From positions 66,960,001 to 67,024,000 of the forward strand of contig OX597826.1 of the NCBI GenBank assembly GCA_951406725.2: a stretch of 64,000 nucleotides of DNA, given 5' to 3'. The notes under the pieces were generated by a model. That model ran no database searches, was not told the origin of the DNA, and saw nothing but the letters and a program-made list of their open reading frames with translations. Below are positions 17,845 to 32,048 of this stretch, piece after piece. The translations under genes and the position numbers were made by a program. The first letter of the stretch is position 1. The number at the start of each line of letters is the position of its first letter. The stretch is from Octopus vulgaris. Taxonomy: Eukaryota.

Positions 17845-18351
17845 TTCTTCTTCTTCTTCTTCTTCTTCTTCTTCTTCTTCTTCTTCTTCTTCTTCTTCTT
17901 CTTCTTCTTCTTCTTCTTCTTCTTCTTCTTCTTCTTCTTCTTCTTCTTCTTCTTCTTCTTCTTCTTCTTCTTCATCTTCTTCTTCTTCTTCTTCTTCTCT
18001 TCTTCATCTTCTTCTTCTTCTTCTTCTTCTTCTTCTTCTTCTTCTTCTCCTCCTCCTCCTCCTCTTCCACCGCCCTCTCCCCTCCTCCCCCTCCTCATCC
18101 CAATTCTCACTGTTGTTCAGTTCGTTGTTGTTGTTTCTGCTTCCATTATTGCTGTTGTTAACGTTGTTCATGTCGTTGTTGTTGTTGTTGTTATCGTTGC
18201 AGCCTTTGTTGCGAGAGAGAATGGGTCGGTTGAATGTGAAATTAGCTGACAGCGATATAGATATGGTATTGTGCTAGTATTGATTACTATAAACACTACG
18301 GTAACAACAAGAGCAACAACAACAACAACACCAACAACGACAATAACAGTT

Positions 18352-18415
<64 letters not shown>

Positions 18416-18649
18416 CAGCAGTGGCAGCAAAGCAACAAAACAAACAACATCAGCCATAACAGCAAAATTATTATCAACATCAGCAACAGCAGCAGAAGCA
18501 GCAGCAACAGCAACAACAACAACAACGTCGACAGCTTTATCAATGTCAACAACGAAGCAACAGCGATAAAATTAGCACAATGGATGACAACAATAAGGGC
18601 AACAGCAATCACAACGCGATCAACGTCATCATCCCAATCAGCTTCATGC

Positions 18650-19680
18650 TCCTCCTCTTCCTCCCCTTCCTCCTCTTCTTCCTCCCATTTTCTTCTCCTC
18701 TTCCTCCCCTTCCTCCCTCTTTCTCATCTTCCCTCTTCCTCTTCCTCCCTCTCTCTTCTTCCTCTTCCTCCATCTTCCTCTTCCTCTTCCTCCCTCTCTC
18801 TTCTTCCTCTTCCTCTTCCTTCCCTCTTCCTTCCTCTTCCTCTTCCTCCCTCTTTCTCTTCCTTCCTCTTCCTCCCTCTTTCTCTTCCTTCCTCTTCCTC
18901 CCTCTTCCTCTCTCCCTCTTCCTCTTCCTCCATCTTCCTCTTCCTCCCTCTTCCTCTTCCTTCTTCTCTTCCTCTTCCTCCCTCTTTCTCTCCTTCCTCT
19001 TCCTCCCTCTTTCTCTTCTTCCTCTCCTCTTCCTCTCCATCTTTCTCTCCTTCCTCTTCCTCCCTCTTTCTCTCCTTCCTCTTCCTCTTCCTCCCTCTTT
19101 CTCTCCTTCCTCTTCCTCTTCCTCCCCTCTTTCTCTCCTTCCTCTTCCTCTTCCTCCCTCTTTCTCTCCTTCCTCTTCCTCCCTCTTTCTCTTCTTCCTC
19201 TTCCTCTTCCTCCCTCTTCCTCTCCTTCCTCTTCCTCTTCCTCCCTCTTCCTCCTCCTCCCTCTTTCACTTCTTCTAACTCTTCCTCCCTCTTTCTCTTC
19301 TTCTTCTTCCTCCTCCTCCCTCTTTCACTTCTTCTAACTCTTCCTCCCTCTTTCTCTTCTTCTTCTTCCTCCTCCTCCCTCTTTCACTTCTTCTAACTCT
19401 TCCTCCCTCCTTCTCTTCTTCCTCCTCCTCTTCCTCCCTCCTTCTCTTCTTCCTCCTCCTCTTCCTCCCTCTTTCTCTTCCGCCTCCTCCCCTTCCGCCT
19501 CCTCCTCTTTTCGTCCACTTCTCCTCTCCGTCCTCCTCTCCTCTTCGTCCTCCACTCCTCTTCCTACTCCCCTTCTCTCTTCTTCTCTTCACCTCTCCCC
19601 ATCACCTCCTCCTCCTCCTCTTCCCCCCTCCGCTTCCTCCTCCTCCTCTCCCCCTCCTCCTCCTCCTCCTCCTCCTCAGA
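18650..19680. repeat. ~1-kb polypyrimidine/polypurine (CTT/CCT) tract containing a ~59-bp unit three times
   Basis: Plus strand is almost all C/T; ctctttcacttcttctaactcttcc at ~19261, ~19320 and ~19379. Confidence 0.93.
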
Positions 19681-21441
19681 ATGATAATTTCGATCGTCGT
19701 CGTCGTTCTCATTGTCGTTATCATCATCGTCATCATCATCATCGCAGTCGTCGTTGTCATCATCATCATCATCATCGTCATCGTCGTCATCATCATCATC
19801 ATCATCATCATCACCAAGAACAAGAACAAGAACAGCAACAGCAGCAGCAGCAGCAGCAACCACCCCACCCCCACCACCACAACAACAACAACACCGTTAT
19901 ATTAGCGATAATCGTAACAAGGCAACCGCATCTATGGCGCAACACCATTGAATGGTAAGGGACAATAACTACAAAGAGACGATGAAAGGGTGGACAATAA
20001 TAAGGACATCGAAATCAACAACAGCATCGGTGACAACAACAACAACAGCAACAACGAAAATAACAATAGTACGAAGAACAGGATGAAGAAAATGTCCAAG
20101 CTACAGCATCTTCACAAGGAGCAACAAAATAGTCCCTTTCCTCCTCCTCCTCCTCTTCCTCGTTATATCATCGTCATCACCACCATTCTTCTCCTCCTCA
20201 TCACCACCACCACCACCACTACGATCACAACCACTGCAATCATCATCATCATCATCATCATTATAATCATCATCATTACAATCATCATAGACGCCGTCGT
20301 TGTTGCCACCAACAACGATCATCATCATCATCATCATCATCATCGTCGTCATCATCATCATCAGCATCACTGCCGCCATCACCATCGTCTTCATCACTAT
20401 CATCATCATCATCAACATCATCATCATCATCATCGTCATCATCATCATCGCAGTCGTCGTTGTCATCATCATCACCGTCTCCGTGGTGTCATTGTCGCCG
20501 TCGTCATCATCGTCATCATCATCGTCATCACGATCGAGATCATCATGCTCATGATCATGATAATCATCATCATCACCTCCTCCTAACCCCCTCCTCCTCC
20601 TCCTCCTCCTCCTCTTCGTGATCCTCATCTTCGTCGACATCATTATCGTCATCATTTTCAACATCAGCATCAGCATCAGAAGCAACACAACCATCACGAT
20701 CACAACCACAGCAGTACTACCGCTCTACCACCAACACCACCACCACCACCACCACCACCACCGCCGCCGCCAAAACCGCCGCCACCACCACCATTATCGT
20801 CATGATTATCTTCGCTATCGACAACTACATCATCATCATCATCATCATCATCACCACCACCACCACCACTATCTTCCACAACGACAATAACAACAAGAGT
20901 AGCAGCAGCAACAACAACAACAACAATGGCGATGACAACAACATCTACAATGGCGACGACGATAGCAACACGAACAACAACAACATCAATATTATCATCA
21001 ACATTATCATCATCATCATCAATGACAATGTCAGCAATAACAATTCTATAAATAGAGATCCAAGAACAACAAAATACAATAACATCACCATCATCATCAT
21101 CATCATCATCCTCATCGTCGTCATAATCATCATCATAATCATTGTCGTTGTCTTCGTATCATGATCGTCGTCATGATTACCAACGTCGTCATCAGAAATG
21201 TCGTCATCATCATCATCATCATCATCATTATAAACATCGTTGTCATACTCCTCCTCCCCATCATCATTATCATCGTTGTCATCATCATCATCATCATCAT
21301 CATCTTCATCATCTTCATCATCATCATCATCATCATCATCGTCATTACCAACGTCGTCATCAGCAACGTCGTCATCATTATCAACGTCGTCGTCATCATC
21401 ATCATCATCATTATAAAAATCATCATCATCGTCATCATCAA

Positions 21442-21497
<56 letters not shown>

Positions 21498-21660
21498 CCA
21501 TCATCATCACCACCACCACCACCACCATCGTCGTTGTCGTCGTCATTATCATCTTCATCGTCATCATCCTCATCATTATCATTATCATCATCGTCATCAT
21601 CCTCATCATTATCATTATCATCATCGTCATCATTATCGTAATCATCATCATCATTGCCAA
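19680..21660. repeat. Degenerate (CAT)n/(CAA)n/(CAC)n microsatellite field
   Basis: Seen directly. Confidence 0.9.
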
Positions 21661-22679
21661 GAACGTTATTAATATAAATCATCGCCATCAAATGCAACAA
21701 CACCGTCAACAAGATCAACGGCAGTAATGTAACCATAGCAACGAAATTGATTTAAAACTGCCATAATTCACCCAGATATTCCAGTCACAAGATCTCTGAC
21801 GTCAAACGATATGACAGGCACATAGTGACTGGTTTACTGTCTCACGAAATGCAGGCTCTGAGTTCGGACCCACAGGCATACGCAGTGATGACAATGCGCA
21901 CAAACATACACCCACACACAAAAACACACTCACACACAAATGTATGTATACATATGCATAAATTTATATATATATCTGTACATATATATTCATAAATATA
22001 TATGTATACATACATATATATATATATTTGTACAAATACACAGTCACATACATATACATATGTACATACATATGTATATTCATACATATATATATATATA
22101 CATATGTATACATAAATATATATGTACATATGTGGGTGTATATATATATGCATACATACAAATATATAATGTATATATATATATGAATATATATATATAT
22201 ATACATACGTAGACACACACACACACATATATATATATACAGATACACACATATATGTACACATATGTGCATACGTGTATCAAAATATAACAATAAAGAC
22301 TAGTTTCACAATTTTACATAATTCAATTTTCAAATTTCTATTCAAATCCATACACACACACACACACACACTCACACACACGCACATACACACACCGCAC
22401 GCACGCACATACACATACACACATATGTACATATACAAACATACATGCACAGATATATACATACATATTCACACGCATTCAAGGAGCGAAAAGTGGCCTA
22501 TAGCTATGCATAGTGTTTACAATTATTAGTATTGTTTACCGTTGCAAGTTGTAAGAAATGGCATTAGTTTAAAATCAGCCATGTTTTCTGAAGATTATAG
22601 ATTTAACAGAAGCGTCGTAAATAGGAGGCTTATCCTTTAGAGATTGGTCCTTCCTCCTCTTCTTCCCCTTCCTACCTTT

Positions 22680-24015
22680 AACGGAACTTTCCAGGAAGTC
22701 CTTCCTCCCCTTAATCCCCCTCCTCGGACATTTCCAGGAAGTCCTTCAACCCCACCCTCGGAACTTTCCAGGAAGTTGTTTCTATCTTTTTCTCCCGCCT
22801 CGGAACGATCTAGGAAGTCCTTAACCTCCTTCCTCAGATTTTTCCCGGAAGTCATCGCATCCCTTTCTCCCACTCCCTGGAACTTCCCAGGAAGTACTTC
22901 ATCAACATCCTCAGAACTTTACAGGAAGTCTTTACCTCTATCCTCCGCTTCATCCCCTCCACCCACCTCCTGGGTATATTCTAGAAAGTCTTTCCTCTCC
23001 CACCTCGGAAATATTCCAGGAAGACCATCCTCCCATTCTTCCTCCCCTTCCTCCCCTTTGTCCCCTTCCTCGTACCTTTCCAGGAAGTCCTTCACCACCC
23101 ACCTCGGATCTTTCTACTAAGTCGTTCATCCCCTTTCTCTCTTTCTTCCATATACTCGCAATTTTCCAGGAAGTCGTTCCTCCCTTTCCCTCTTCCTCCC
23201 CTCCCACTTCCTCTCCCTCACTCCTTCCTCCCCTCCCCTCTTCCTCCCCATCACCCCTTCCTCCCATCACCCATTCCCCCTTCCCTCCCTAATCACTTCC
23301 CATTCCCCCTTCCTCCCCTCACCACTTCCAGGAATTCGTTCCTCCACATCCGCCCAATTGTCCTTCTCCTCGGAACATTCCAGAAAGTTGTTCCCCCAAT
23401 CCTTACCTACTCGGAACTTTCCAGGAAGTTCTTCCACCTCGGAACTTTCTTTCTGATGTTGCGTCTTTCTTTGGAATCAGTACGCGGGGTCTGGGCAGAG
23501 GTGGAAGTGGAGGAACGAGAAATGGCAGGATGGGGGAAAGGGAGGATAAACTTCCTTAAACTTCCGAGGAAGGGGATGAAGTGTGCAGTGTCAGCTGGCT
23601 CCATCCTTCCTCCGCTTTATCGGAACATTTCAGGAAGTACTTCAATGCACTTCTCCGAACTTTCCTTCATCTTCCTTGTTGCCCTTCTCGGAACTTTCCA
23701 GGAAGTCTCTCCTCTCTTTTTCTTCACTTTCTTCCCATCTCCTTCCGAGGAACTTTCCAGAAAATACTTCCCAACCTCGGAACGTGCCAGGAAGTCTTTC
23801 CTTTCCTCGGAACTTTCCAGGAAGTCCTTCATCCCACTCCTCGGAACTTTCAAGGAAGTCGTTGCTCCCCGCATCCCTTCCCGGAAAGCTCTGAGGATGA
23901 GCAGGAATTACTTCTTGGAAAGTTCCGAGTATGGGAAGAAGGGGAGCAATTACTTCCAGGAAAGTTCCGAAGAGGGAGAGGAACGGGAGGAATTACTTCC
24001 TGGAATGTTCTTGGA
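22680..24015. repeat. Array of ~25-28 copies of a 21-bp core CTCGGAACTTTCCAGGAAGTC with variable pyrimidine-rich spacers; some copies inverted
   Basis: Forward copies at about 22682, 22723, 22757, 22799, 22833, 22876, 22910, 23004, 23069, 23155, 23369, 23410, 23620, 23687, 23776, 23806 and 23840. Inverted copies at about 23550, 23878, 23910, 23952 and 23995. Confidence 0.9.
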
Positions 24016-24016
24016 A

Positions 24017-24047
24017 TGCCCTAACCACTGAGCCATTGCGCCTCCAC
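24017..24047 (-). mobile_element. Head fragment of the tRNA-derived SINE family D
   Basis: Reverse complement gtggaggcgcaatggctcagtggttagggca matches the heads at 51982 and 36703. Confidence 0.75.
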
Positions 24048-24063
24048 TCTGTATATGTATATT

Positions 24064-24098
<35 letters not shown>

Positions 24099-24109
24099 TT
24101 GCATACCGT

Positions 24110-24915
24110 TCGACGGACAGTGGCGAGACAGAAAGTACGTGACCATGCTGAATACGATGTATTCTGCTGCAATGTCTGCAACTGGCAAACATAATCGTGC
24201 AGGGGATCCCATAAAAAACTCGATGTTGTACAGGGCTACAACAGAGCAATGAATGGGGTGGATAGATCCGATCAGTTGGTTACCACGCACAAATCTCACG
24301 AAGATTCGGAAAATGGAACAAAAAATATTTTTGTACATTGTGGATATGGCACTCGTGAAGACACATCTGATCTGGCGAATGCTGGGTGGCCAAGAAAATG
24401 GACTCGCATTTCGCGAGGCTTTGATAAATGACATTCTCGAAGATCCCGAGCTGCCCAACTACAGAATGCGTGGACGTCCTTACGCCCGACCGACTCCAAA
24501 CCGGCTTCTGAACCGACGAGGACATTTCCCGTGGTTCATACCGCCAACGGAAAAAAGTAGAAACCGGCATGGAAATGTGTCGTGTGCACCTCACACAACC
24601 GTAGGCGCGAAACCAGATATCGTTGTCCGGACTGTGATGTGTCCCTTTGCATAATACCGTGTTTTGAGTTGCACCACACGCAAGCTATTTTCTGAACTTG
24701 AGCAGAATAATTCGTGCATATCATAATATGATAAATAGCTTCACATAGTCCGTTTTCATAAACCAGTAGACGTAAATGTACGATGCTATGTTATTGTAAC
24801 GGTGAAGGTAAATAGACGCTAGCTCATTGGCACTTGTGTGTTTGTGTGGCCTTATTAGATAAAAAAGAACTGGAGCAGTGTCTCGCATGCTTCGGATAAT
24901 ATTGGTGCCAAGGAG
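24110..24915 (+). mobile_element. piggyBac-family transposon, 3' portion, with frameshifted transposase
   Basis: Across frames: WRDRKYVTMLNT...TGKHNRAGDPIK, MNGVDRSDQL, KIFLYIVDMALV...AFREALINDIL, then a Cys-rich tail CVVC...ETRYRCPDCDVSLCIIPCFELHH ending at TGA 24693-24695. The element ends ...gccaaggag|TTAA (24916-24919). Confidence 0.88.
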
Positions 24916-25134
24916 TTAATTAGGTATTCATGAAATATTTATAATGCCAGAAAACCACTGGATTTATTCACATCATTTTCTGTTGATATAGGGATGGAGT
25001 TTGGCCAACAGAAATGTTCATATTTAACAAGTGAACATGAAAAAAACTGTCCACCCAACCCCAAATCTTTGAACCAATGACCTTTGTCTTCTCTGTTTTG
25101 TAAAACGAATGATACAAATACATTGATATTAATG

Positions 25135-25470
25135 AAACGAAGAGAGAATCACTCCGTCGGTTCCGATGACGAGGGTCCCAGCTAATACGATCATCAGAAC
25201 CGCTTGCTCGTGAGATTAATTTGCAAGTGGCTGAGCACTCCACAGATACGCGTACCCTTTTTTTTTACATATTTCTCAGGGTGATTCAGTGTGACATAGA
25301 GTGTGACAAGGCTGGCCCCTTGAAATACGAGTACTATTCATTTTTGCCAGCTGAGTGGGCTGGAGGACCGTGAAATAAAGTGTCTTGCTAAAGGACACAA
25401 CACACCGCCGAGAATCGAACTCGCGACCCTACGATCGCGAGCCCAATGCCCTAATCACTAAGCTACGCAC
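25135..25470 (-). mobile_element. tRNA-derived SINE with a V-domain-like core
   Basis: Minus strand: gtgcgtagcttagtgattagggcattgggctcgcgatcgtagggtcgcgagttcgattctcggc followed by gtgttgtgtcctttagcaagacactttatttcac. Truncated relative at 60370-60462. Confidence 0.8.
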
Positions 25471-26053
25471 CAATGAAAATACATCATGAAAGGTTCTGTG
25501 AACAAAGATGAAGTAATCAAAGAATATTATACTAGACAAAAAAAAACCAAAAACAAAACCAAAAAATAACATGGTAGCCAGAGTTTTTATTCATACAGCG
25601 CAAAATCCTGCAATGCATTTGCAGTTAATATCAAAACATATAAGTTTATACCAACATCTGGTCATCAACCGATACCAGCATTTGGGATACGAGACTGGTT
25701 TATTGAGGAAATATGCTGCTCCATAAGTAATCAAACCAGCAAGATTCCGTCATCTGCAAACTTCCACAGAAACTATGATATTGAGAGATTCTAACACAGA
25801 AGAAAAGAAGATAAAAGAGATTTAAGATCAACTGAGACAGCATTTGAATATCGTTTGATATTAACCCATTGAAGCCGATCGTCCGTTTAAACTGACATTT
25901 AATTTATAAAGATATGAAAGAAATACTTGATACAAATTGTGATTTGTGTATGATCTGTATCAAAGAATGAAACATGTTCTTACCGCTTATGCCGTCTGTA
26001 GAAATCAGGTTTCAATGAAATATTTTTCATTTGTTATTTAGGTTAAAATAATA

Positions 26054-27246
26054 TCAGGTCATCCCATAAGTTATGTGCGAATTTTGAATAAAGGAAACAA
26101 GTAATTAAATGTTATATTTAATTGAAATGTAATCATCAATGTACTTTCCCTTATTATCTATAATTTCATTCCATCTATTTACAAGCTTTTTAATCCCATC
26201 AATGTAAAACTCTTTTGGTTTCAAAGCGAAGAACTCTGAAATGTTAGTTTCGACCTCCTCCTGACTTGCGAAAGTTATGTCCTCCTAATGATTCTGTAAA
26301 CTACGAAATGGTAGTCTGAAGGACCAAGATCGGGAGAATAAGGTGGATGAGGAAATTTTCCCAACCAAGCTCTTCGATCTTCTGTAATGTGATCTTTGCA
26401 GTGTGGTGTCGCGCGTGGTCCTGATGAAACATCACTCTTTTTCGATTCACTAAAGCGGGTATTTTTTCCTTTAAAGCTTGTTTCAAACGCTCTAATTGCT
26501 GACAGTAGACTTGAGCATTGATTGTTACATTAGTTGGTAACAATTCAAAGTGAATTACTCCTTTGCAATCCCACCAGATAGAGAGAAGAATCTCTTTCTC
26601 ATGAAATTCCCTTCTCGGTTGTGGTTGAGCTTTTCCCCTTTTACCAAGCCACTGTTTACAACGTTTAACATTTCAATAAATCCATTTTCTATCACTAGTC
26701 TATCCAAAAAGTGTGAAATGAGTTCGCGAGAATAGAGAGAAGAGTAGATGCCAACTCAGGATTTATGGTTGCTTTCGGACAATTCATGAGGCACCCATTT
26801 TCCAAGTTTAGGAACTTTTCCAAGTTGTTGAAGATGACGACGAACAGTTGTATGGTTTGAACTAAGCTTTATTGCCAATCCTTCAACTGATATTGAAGGA
26901 TTTTCTTCAAGTAATGCCTCAAGGAGCTTATCATCAAACTCAACTGGACGTCCTGTTCAGTCTTCATCTTCAAGGCTGAAATCTCCACTTCTGAATTTTG
27001 CAAACCATCTTCTGTAAGTTATTTCATTCAAGCATTCTTAAATGGTTTTTGGATACTTCCATGTTAGAAAGGGTTTTTATCAAAGAAATTTTAATTCTAT
27101 TATTCTGTAAAATTATATTTAATTAGTTTTAATGTACACAAATGAATAAAAATAATTTTTAATTCCATTAGACATTCTAAAATACTAATAAATTTCATTC
27201 AGTTTAAAAAAAAGTAAAATCGGACGGAACATATGGGATGATCTGA
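26054..27246 (-). mobile_element. Mariner (Tc1/mariner) transposon with both TIRs and an inactivated transposase
   Basis: TIRs tcaggtcatcccataagttatgtgcgaatttt and aaaatcggacggaacatatgggatgatctga, flanked by TA (26052-53 and 27247-48). Minus-strand motifs KLGKWVPHEL, FHQDHARHHTAKIT and PHPPYSPDLGPSDY, interrupted by stops and frameshifts. Confidence 0.93.
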
Positions 27247-27584
27247 TAGTATCTATGAATTTTCAGGCAATTTCATTCACTAAAAAAATTTAGGCACAAA
27301 AATTTAGGCACAAAAATTTAGGCACAAATGGGCAAACAAATCAGTAAACAATCGATTGGTAATCAACTGTAGCAAAAAAAAAACATCAATCAATAAATAA
27401 AAATAATAACAATAAGTGCATTAAGTAAGTGATCAAAAATGAAGTGAATTCATATCCTAAGGGTCTGTAGTGACTCCTCAATACATGCTCACCTCCTGAC
27501 GACCTCTTACATTAACTTTGAAGAAGTGCAAAACTAGCAACTGTCAAGGAAAACCTAAAACCATAAACTTGAAGTGGTTGAGAA

Positions 27585-28330
27585 TATTGGTTTCAAATAT
27601 TGGTACCAGGTCAGCAATTTCGGGGGTAAGGGTAAGTCGATTACAACGACCACAGTGTTCAATTGGTACTTAATTTATCGACCACGTGTAACATAAAAGG
27701 CGAAGTAGACCTCGGTAGAATTTGAACTCAGAACGTACAGACGGACGAAATACTGTTAAACACTTTGCCCGACGTCTTGAAGTAGTTAAGAATGTTAGTA
27801 TGCAGAATCGTTTGCACCCCGGAGGAATGCTTAGCAGTATTTTTTACGCCTGTAGCTAAAGAGGAGGGGGGCGGTAGGGTCAGTCCGCTCCAGGTGGCAC
27901 TTTTAAAGGGGCGGTACTTTTGGGTTTGCTTTAGGCAATATGTTGTTTTTTGTGGGATCCGGGGATGGCGAACGGAAGGGCCGTCCCCGGCGACACACAC
28001 TCTAGCTACGCTAGTACGTCTGTACACTCTGAGTCCGCCGAGGTCGACTTCGCCTCTCATCCTTTCAGGGTCGATAAATTAAGTTGAGCATTGGGGTCAA
28101 AGCGATCGACTTGTCATCCTCTTACGAACTTGCTGGCATTGTGCCAAAACTTGATTTCAAATTTCGGCTCAAGACCAGCAATTTTAGGGGAGTGATAAGT
28201 TGATTACATCGACCGCAGTGCTATCCCAAAAGGACGAAAGTCGACCTCGGCGGAATTTGAACTCAGAATATGAAGGCGGACGAAATGCTGCTAAGTATCT
28301 TGTCCGGCGTGCTAACGATTCTTTAATCTC
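27585..28330. mobile_element. Cluster of three decayed SINE family B copies (-, +, -)
   Basis: Repeated ggaatttgaactcaga, gtcgataaattaag and aatttcaggcc-like segments in both orientations. Confidence 0.75.
27848..28016. mobile_element. Putative hAT-like MITE inserted in a SINE
   Basis: GC-rich insert that interrupts a family B SINE; imperfect terminal inverted repeats tgtagctaaag and ctctagctacg. Confidence 0.4.
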
Positions 28331-29472
28331 CTCGTCTTCCTTGTGCCAAAAAAATGAATCCAATATGAAAAGTAACTTCTCTTGAAGTTGTGAATGTTAT
28401 ACAACGTCACATCTTGACGACCAGGCTTCAGCAATCTAAGAGCACGTGATAGATAAGAAATATCTAATGAACAAACAGGACAACAAAGCTCTTAGTCTCC
28501 TACGACGCTACCACAAATGACAGTAGTAGGGATCCGCGGGTCTCCAGAGGCCATGGATCTGCGCCCGTAGAAATTGTGTTAGACGCTGATGGTGGCAGCG
28601 TCAAATGTCAAACGTCAAATATGTCACTTTTCTGTGGAGAACATAAGACGTATTCAACAGCTGCCCAAAAATGTCATCGTGTTACTAACTCTCACTAAGA
28701 CATGATGCCACTAAGACAATAATGTCCAATGTCAATCCGTAGAAAAGGCTGCTCAGGGGTAAATATTAACAATTTCTCTGTTAAGGAATACATACACATA
28801 ATACATATCAATATATGAAATATTGGTGGACCATTCCCACCAAAAATTTGACCAAATGCAAACAAAACAGGCCTTATATATTTATTTGGGTCAGAAAGAA
28901 ATAATAGTTGTTGTCACAAAGACGGGCTATGCTGCCTCATGAGAACATATATTCCACGATCAGCAAGAAGGAGAATATTTATTGACAACAGCTCCGAATT
29001 GTACTGCTCCTCTGCTTTCGATAGACAGTCATCTTCATACCAACAATTACTGGTGCATTTCGTTACGTTAGGAAATGTTTTAGCTACAATACAGAAGAGC
29101 TAACACGCACTTTACTGATACAATCAAATGGAACAGATAGAATAGGCAAGACTTTCCTAAAGCGCAGTATGCATCAATTATCGTTGTTATCTAAATTCCA
29201 TTTGGAAGCTTTTGTTTCTCCATCTGGGAAGATCCTTCTTCTAAGAAGAATTCGAATAAATAAAAGTTGTCATACATACCTGCATATAAACACAAGTGTG
29301 TGTGTGTATGTGTGCATATATATATATATACGCACATTCTTCTTATTTTTCTTATGAAGGTCTAGCGTTAAAGACTCCTTTCTCTTTCAAGCGTTATAGC
29401 AAAAACACATGTTAAATCATGTGCCTCTCATTGTGTATGATACTTTGTTTTCGCTCATTCATCTTCATCGTC

Positions 29473-29564
<92 letters not shown>

Positions 29565-30209
29565 ATCTATCTATCTATCTATCTAATCTATCTATAGACG
29601 TCGAAACCATAATGATATCCGTAGGGCAGCTGATGATGGAGGTATGTTTGATTGTATTTGCATATGTGGAATAGTATTATGACACATCATTTCGATATAT
29701 ATATATATGAAATTATATTAGCTAAAATTCCTACATGAGTAGCTCAGGCACTTGCAGTTTCGTTCCCAATCGATTTCCAAAACATGAAAAATGTTTTTTT
29801 AACGAAAATATAGGTACCTGCATAACATTTGTCGTATTGGCAGCTAATAAAACTGTGTATATACTCTGCTTTGCGTATTTAATTCTAATTCTCTTTCTCG
29901 TGCTTGTAAAAACAAAACGTACACACACACACACAGTCATCTAAACACATGCAGTCGGTTAAGCAAGCGAGCACACAAATACACTTATACAAACACATGT
30001 GTATGAATATGTGTGTGTGTTTGCATAAGTGTGTGTAGACACACGCACACACACACACGCACACATGCATATTCATATTAAGCAAGAGTTAAAAGAAAAC
30101 GTCACAAATTCGATAAATTTTTTTTTTGAAAAAAAAAATCCAAACCTAACTTATCCAATGGATTGATCACTCAAATTTTCCATTGGAAAGGATCACAAGA
30201 AAGTAAACA

Positions 30210-30419
30210 ATTATATCAACAACAACAACAGCAACTACATCGATAACAACAACAACAACAACAACAATGGCAAGAGAACCTGTAACAGCACTAAGAGGAA
30301 CAGAAACAGCAGCAGTAAGGGTACCTGCAGTAGCAGCAGTAGTAGCAGCAGCAGCAACGGTAATATTTCTATTAATGCAATATGAATAATAACAACAATA
30401 ACAATAATGAGGATGATGG

Positions 30420-30456
<37 letters not shown>

Positions 30457-30600
30457 GATGATGATGATGATGATGATGATGGTGATGGTGATGATGATGA
30501 TGATGATGATGATGTTGTTGTTGATGATGATGATGATGATGATATCCACCAACGCAAACCACCACCACCACCGCCGCCGCCGCCGCCATTACTACTACTG

Positions 30601-30669
<69 letters not shown>

Positions 30670-30891
30670 AGAATAATACAAATAATAAAAAGAAAACCAC
30701 AACAAGAACCACCACCACCACCACTGCTACCCCTTCTCCTTTCCTCTTCCTTCTCCCCTTCTGCTTCTCCTCCTCCTCCTCCTCCGTCTCCTCCTCCTCC
30801 GTCTCCTCCTCCCCTTTTTTCTTCTATCTCCTCCGCCTCCTCCACCGCCTCCTTCACCGCCTGCCCTCTCCTCCTCCTCCTCCTCCTCCTC

Positions 30892-30976
<85 letters not shown>

Positions 30977-31030
30977 TGCATCTGCTGCTGCTGCTGCTGC
31001 TACCGCTGCTTCTTTCTCCTCTTCTATCGA
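30210..31030. repeat. Compound triplet microsatellite (CAA/CAG/GAT/CTA/CCT/CGA)
   Basis: Seen directly. Confidence 0.92.
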
Positions 31031-31587
31031 TCTATCATTTTACAGTTTATCTATTACGGATAATCGGGTGGAGAATGCATTTTATAAGAAAATATTGTCA
31101 TATTTTATTTTTATTTCAATGGAAATTTATGAAAAAAGAAAAACAACAAAAAAAGAAATTGTTCAATCTTTAAAAATGCTTCCAGTTTGTCTCCCACTAA
31201 CACATACATACATACATACATACATACATACATACATACATACGCATGCGCATATGTATACACACACATACCCGCGTACACACACATACATATACACTCA
31301 AAAACATACAAACATACAAACATACACATATACACACACATAATACATATGCGCACACATACATGCATACACATAAGCCCGTACATACACACATATACAC
31401 ACACATATACACGTACATATATGTACATAGATACATACATTCATACATTCTCACATACACGCTACATGTATAAATACATGTTAATATACATATACACACA
31501 GACAGAAACATACGTATATGTGTGTATCTGGGTGTGTGTGTGTGAGTGTACATGCATATATGTATTCTATATATGTGTATGTATATT

Positions 31588-31701
<114 letters not shown>

Positions 31702-32015
31702 TTAATACATCCGTATATATATACATGGAGCTAGACACGTATATACACGTTCATTGCTACATGCATACTGGTATGGATGTGTACGTGCGCGCACTTTCTT
31801 TCTTCGTTTCTTTCTTTCTTTCTTTCTTTCTTTCTCTCTCTCACTTACACACGCGCACCCACATACATGTGCATATATCCGTGTACATGCACATGTACAC
31901 GGATAAACAATATTGGAACTGAAAATTCTGGTAATGCCATCTAAGTCTTCAGAACTAGATTGACATCTAAAGAATGGAGAAATACAAAAACATGTAAACA
32001 ACACATATAGAAATA

Positions 32016-32048
<33 letters not shown>

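Noticed and set aside
22680-24015. CRISPR array interpretation of the repeat-spacer pattern
   Set aside because: The context is eukaryotic, repeats are degenerate and in both orientations, spacers are low-complexity and vary in length, and there are no cas genes.
22644-24031. ORFs with repeated SELSRK/GTFQEV peptides
   Set aside because: The same DNA motif is translated in all frames and on both strands; no frame is preserved.
24253-24654. Domesticated PGBD-type gene
   Set aside because: Transposase motifs are split over several frames, the N-terminal half is missing, and the TTAA-bounded end is retained, which indicates a dead transposon.
29595-29725. Hammerhead at CTGATGA 29630
   Set aside because: No convincing stem II, GAAA and stem I arrangement could be built.
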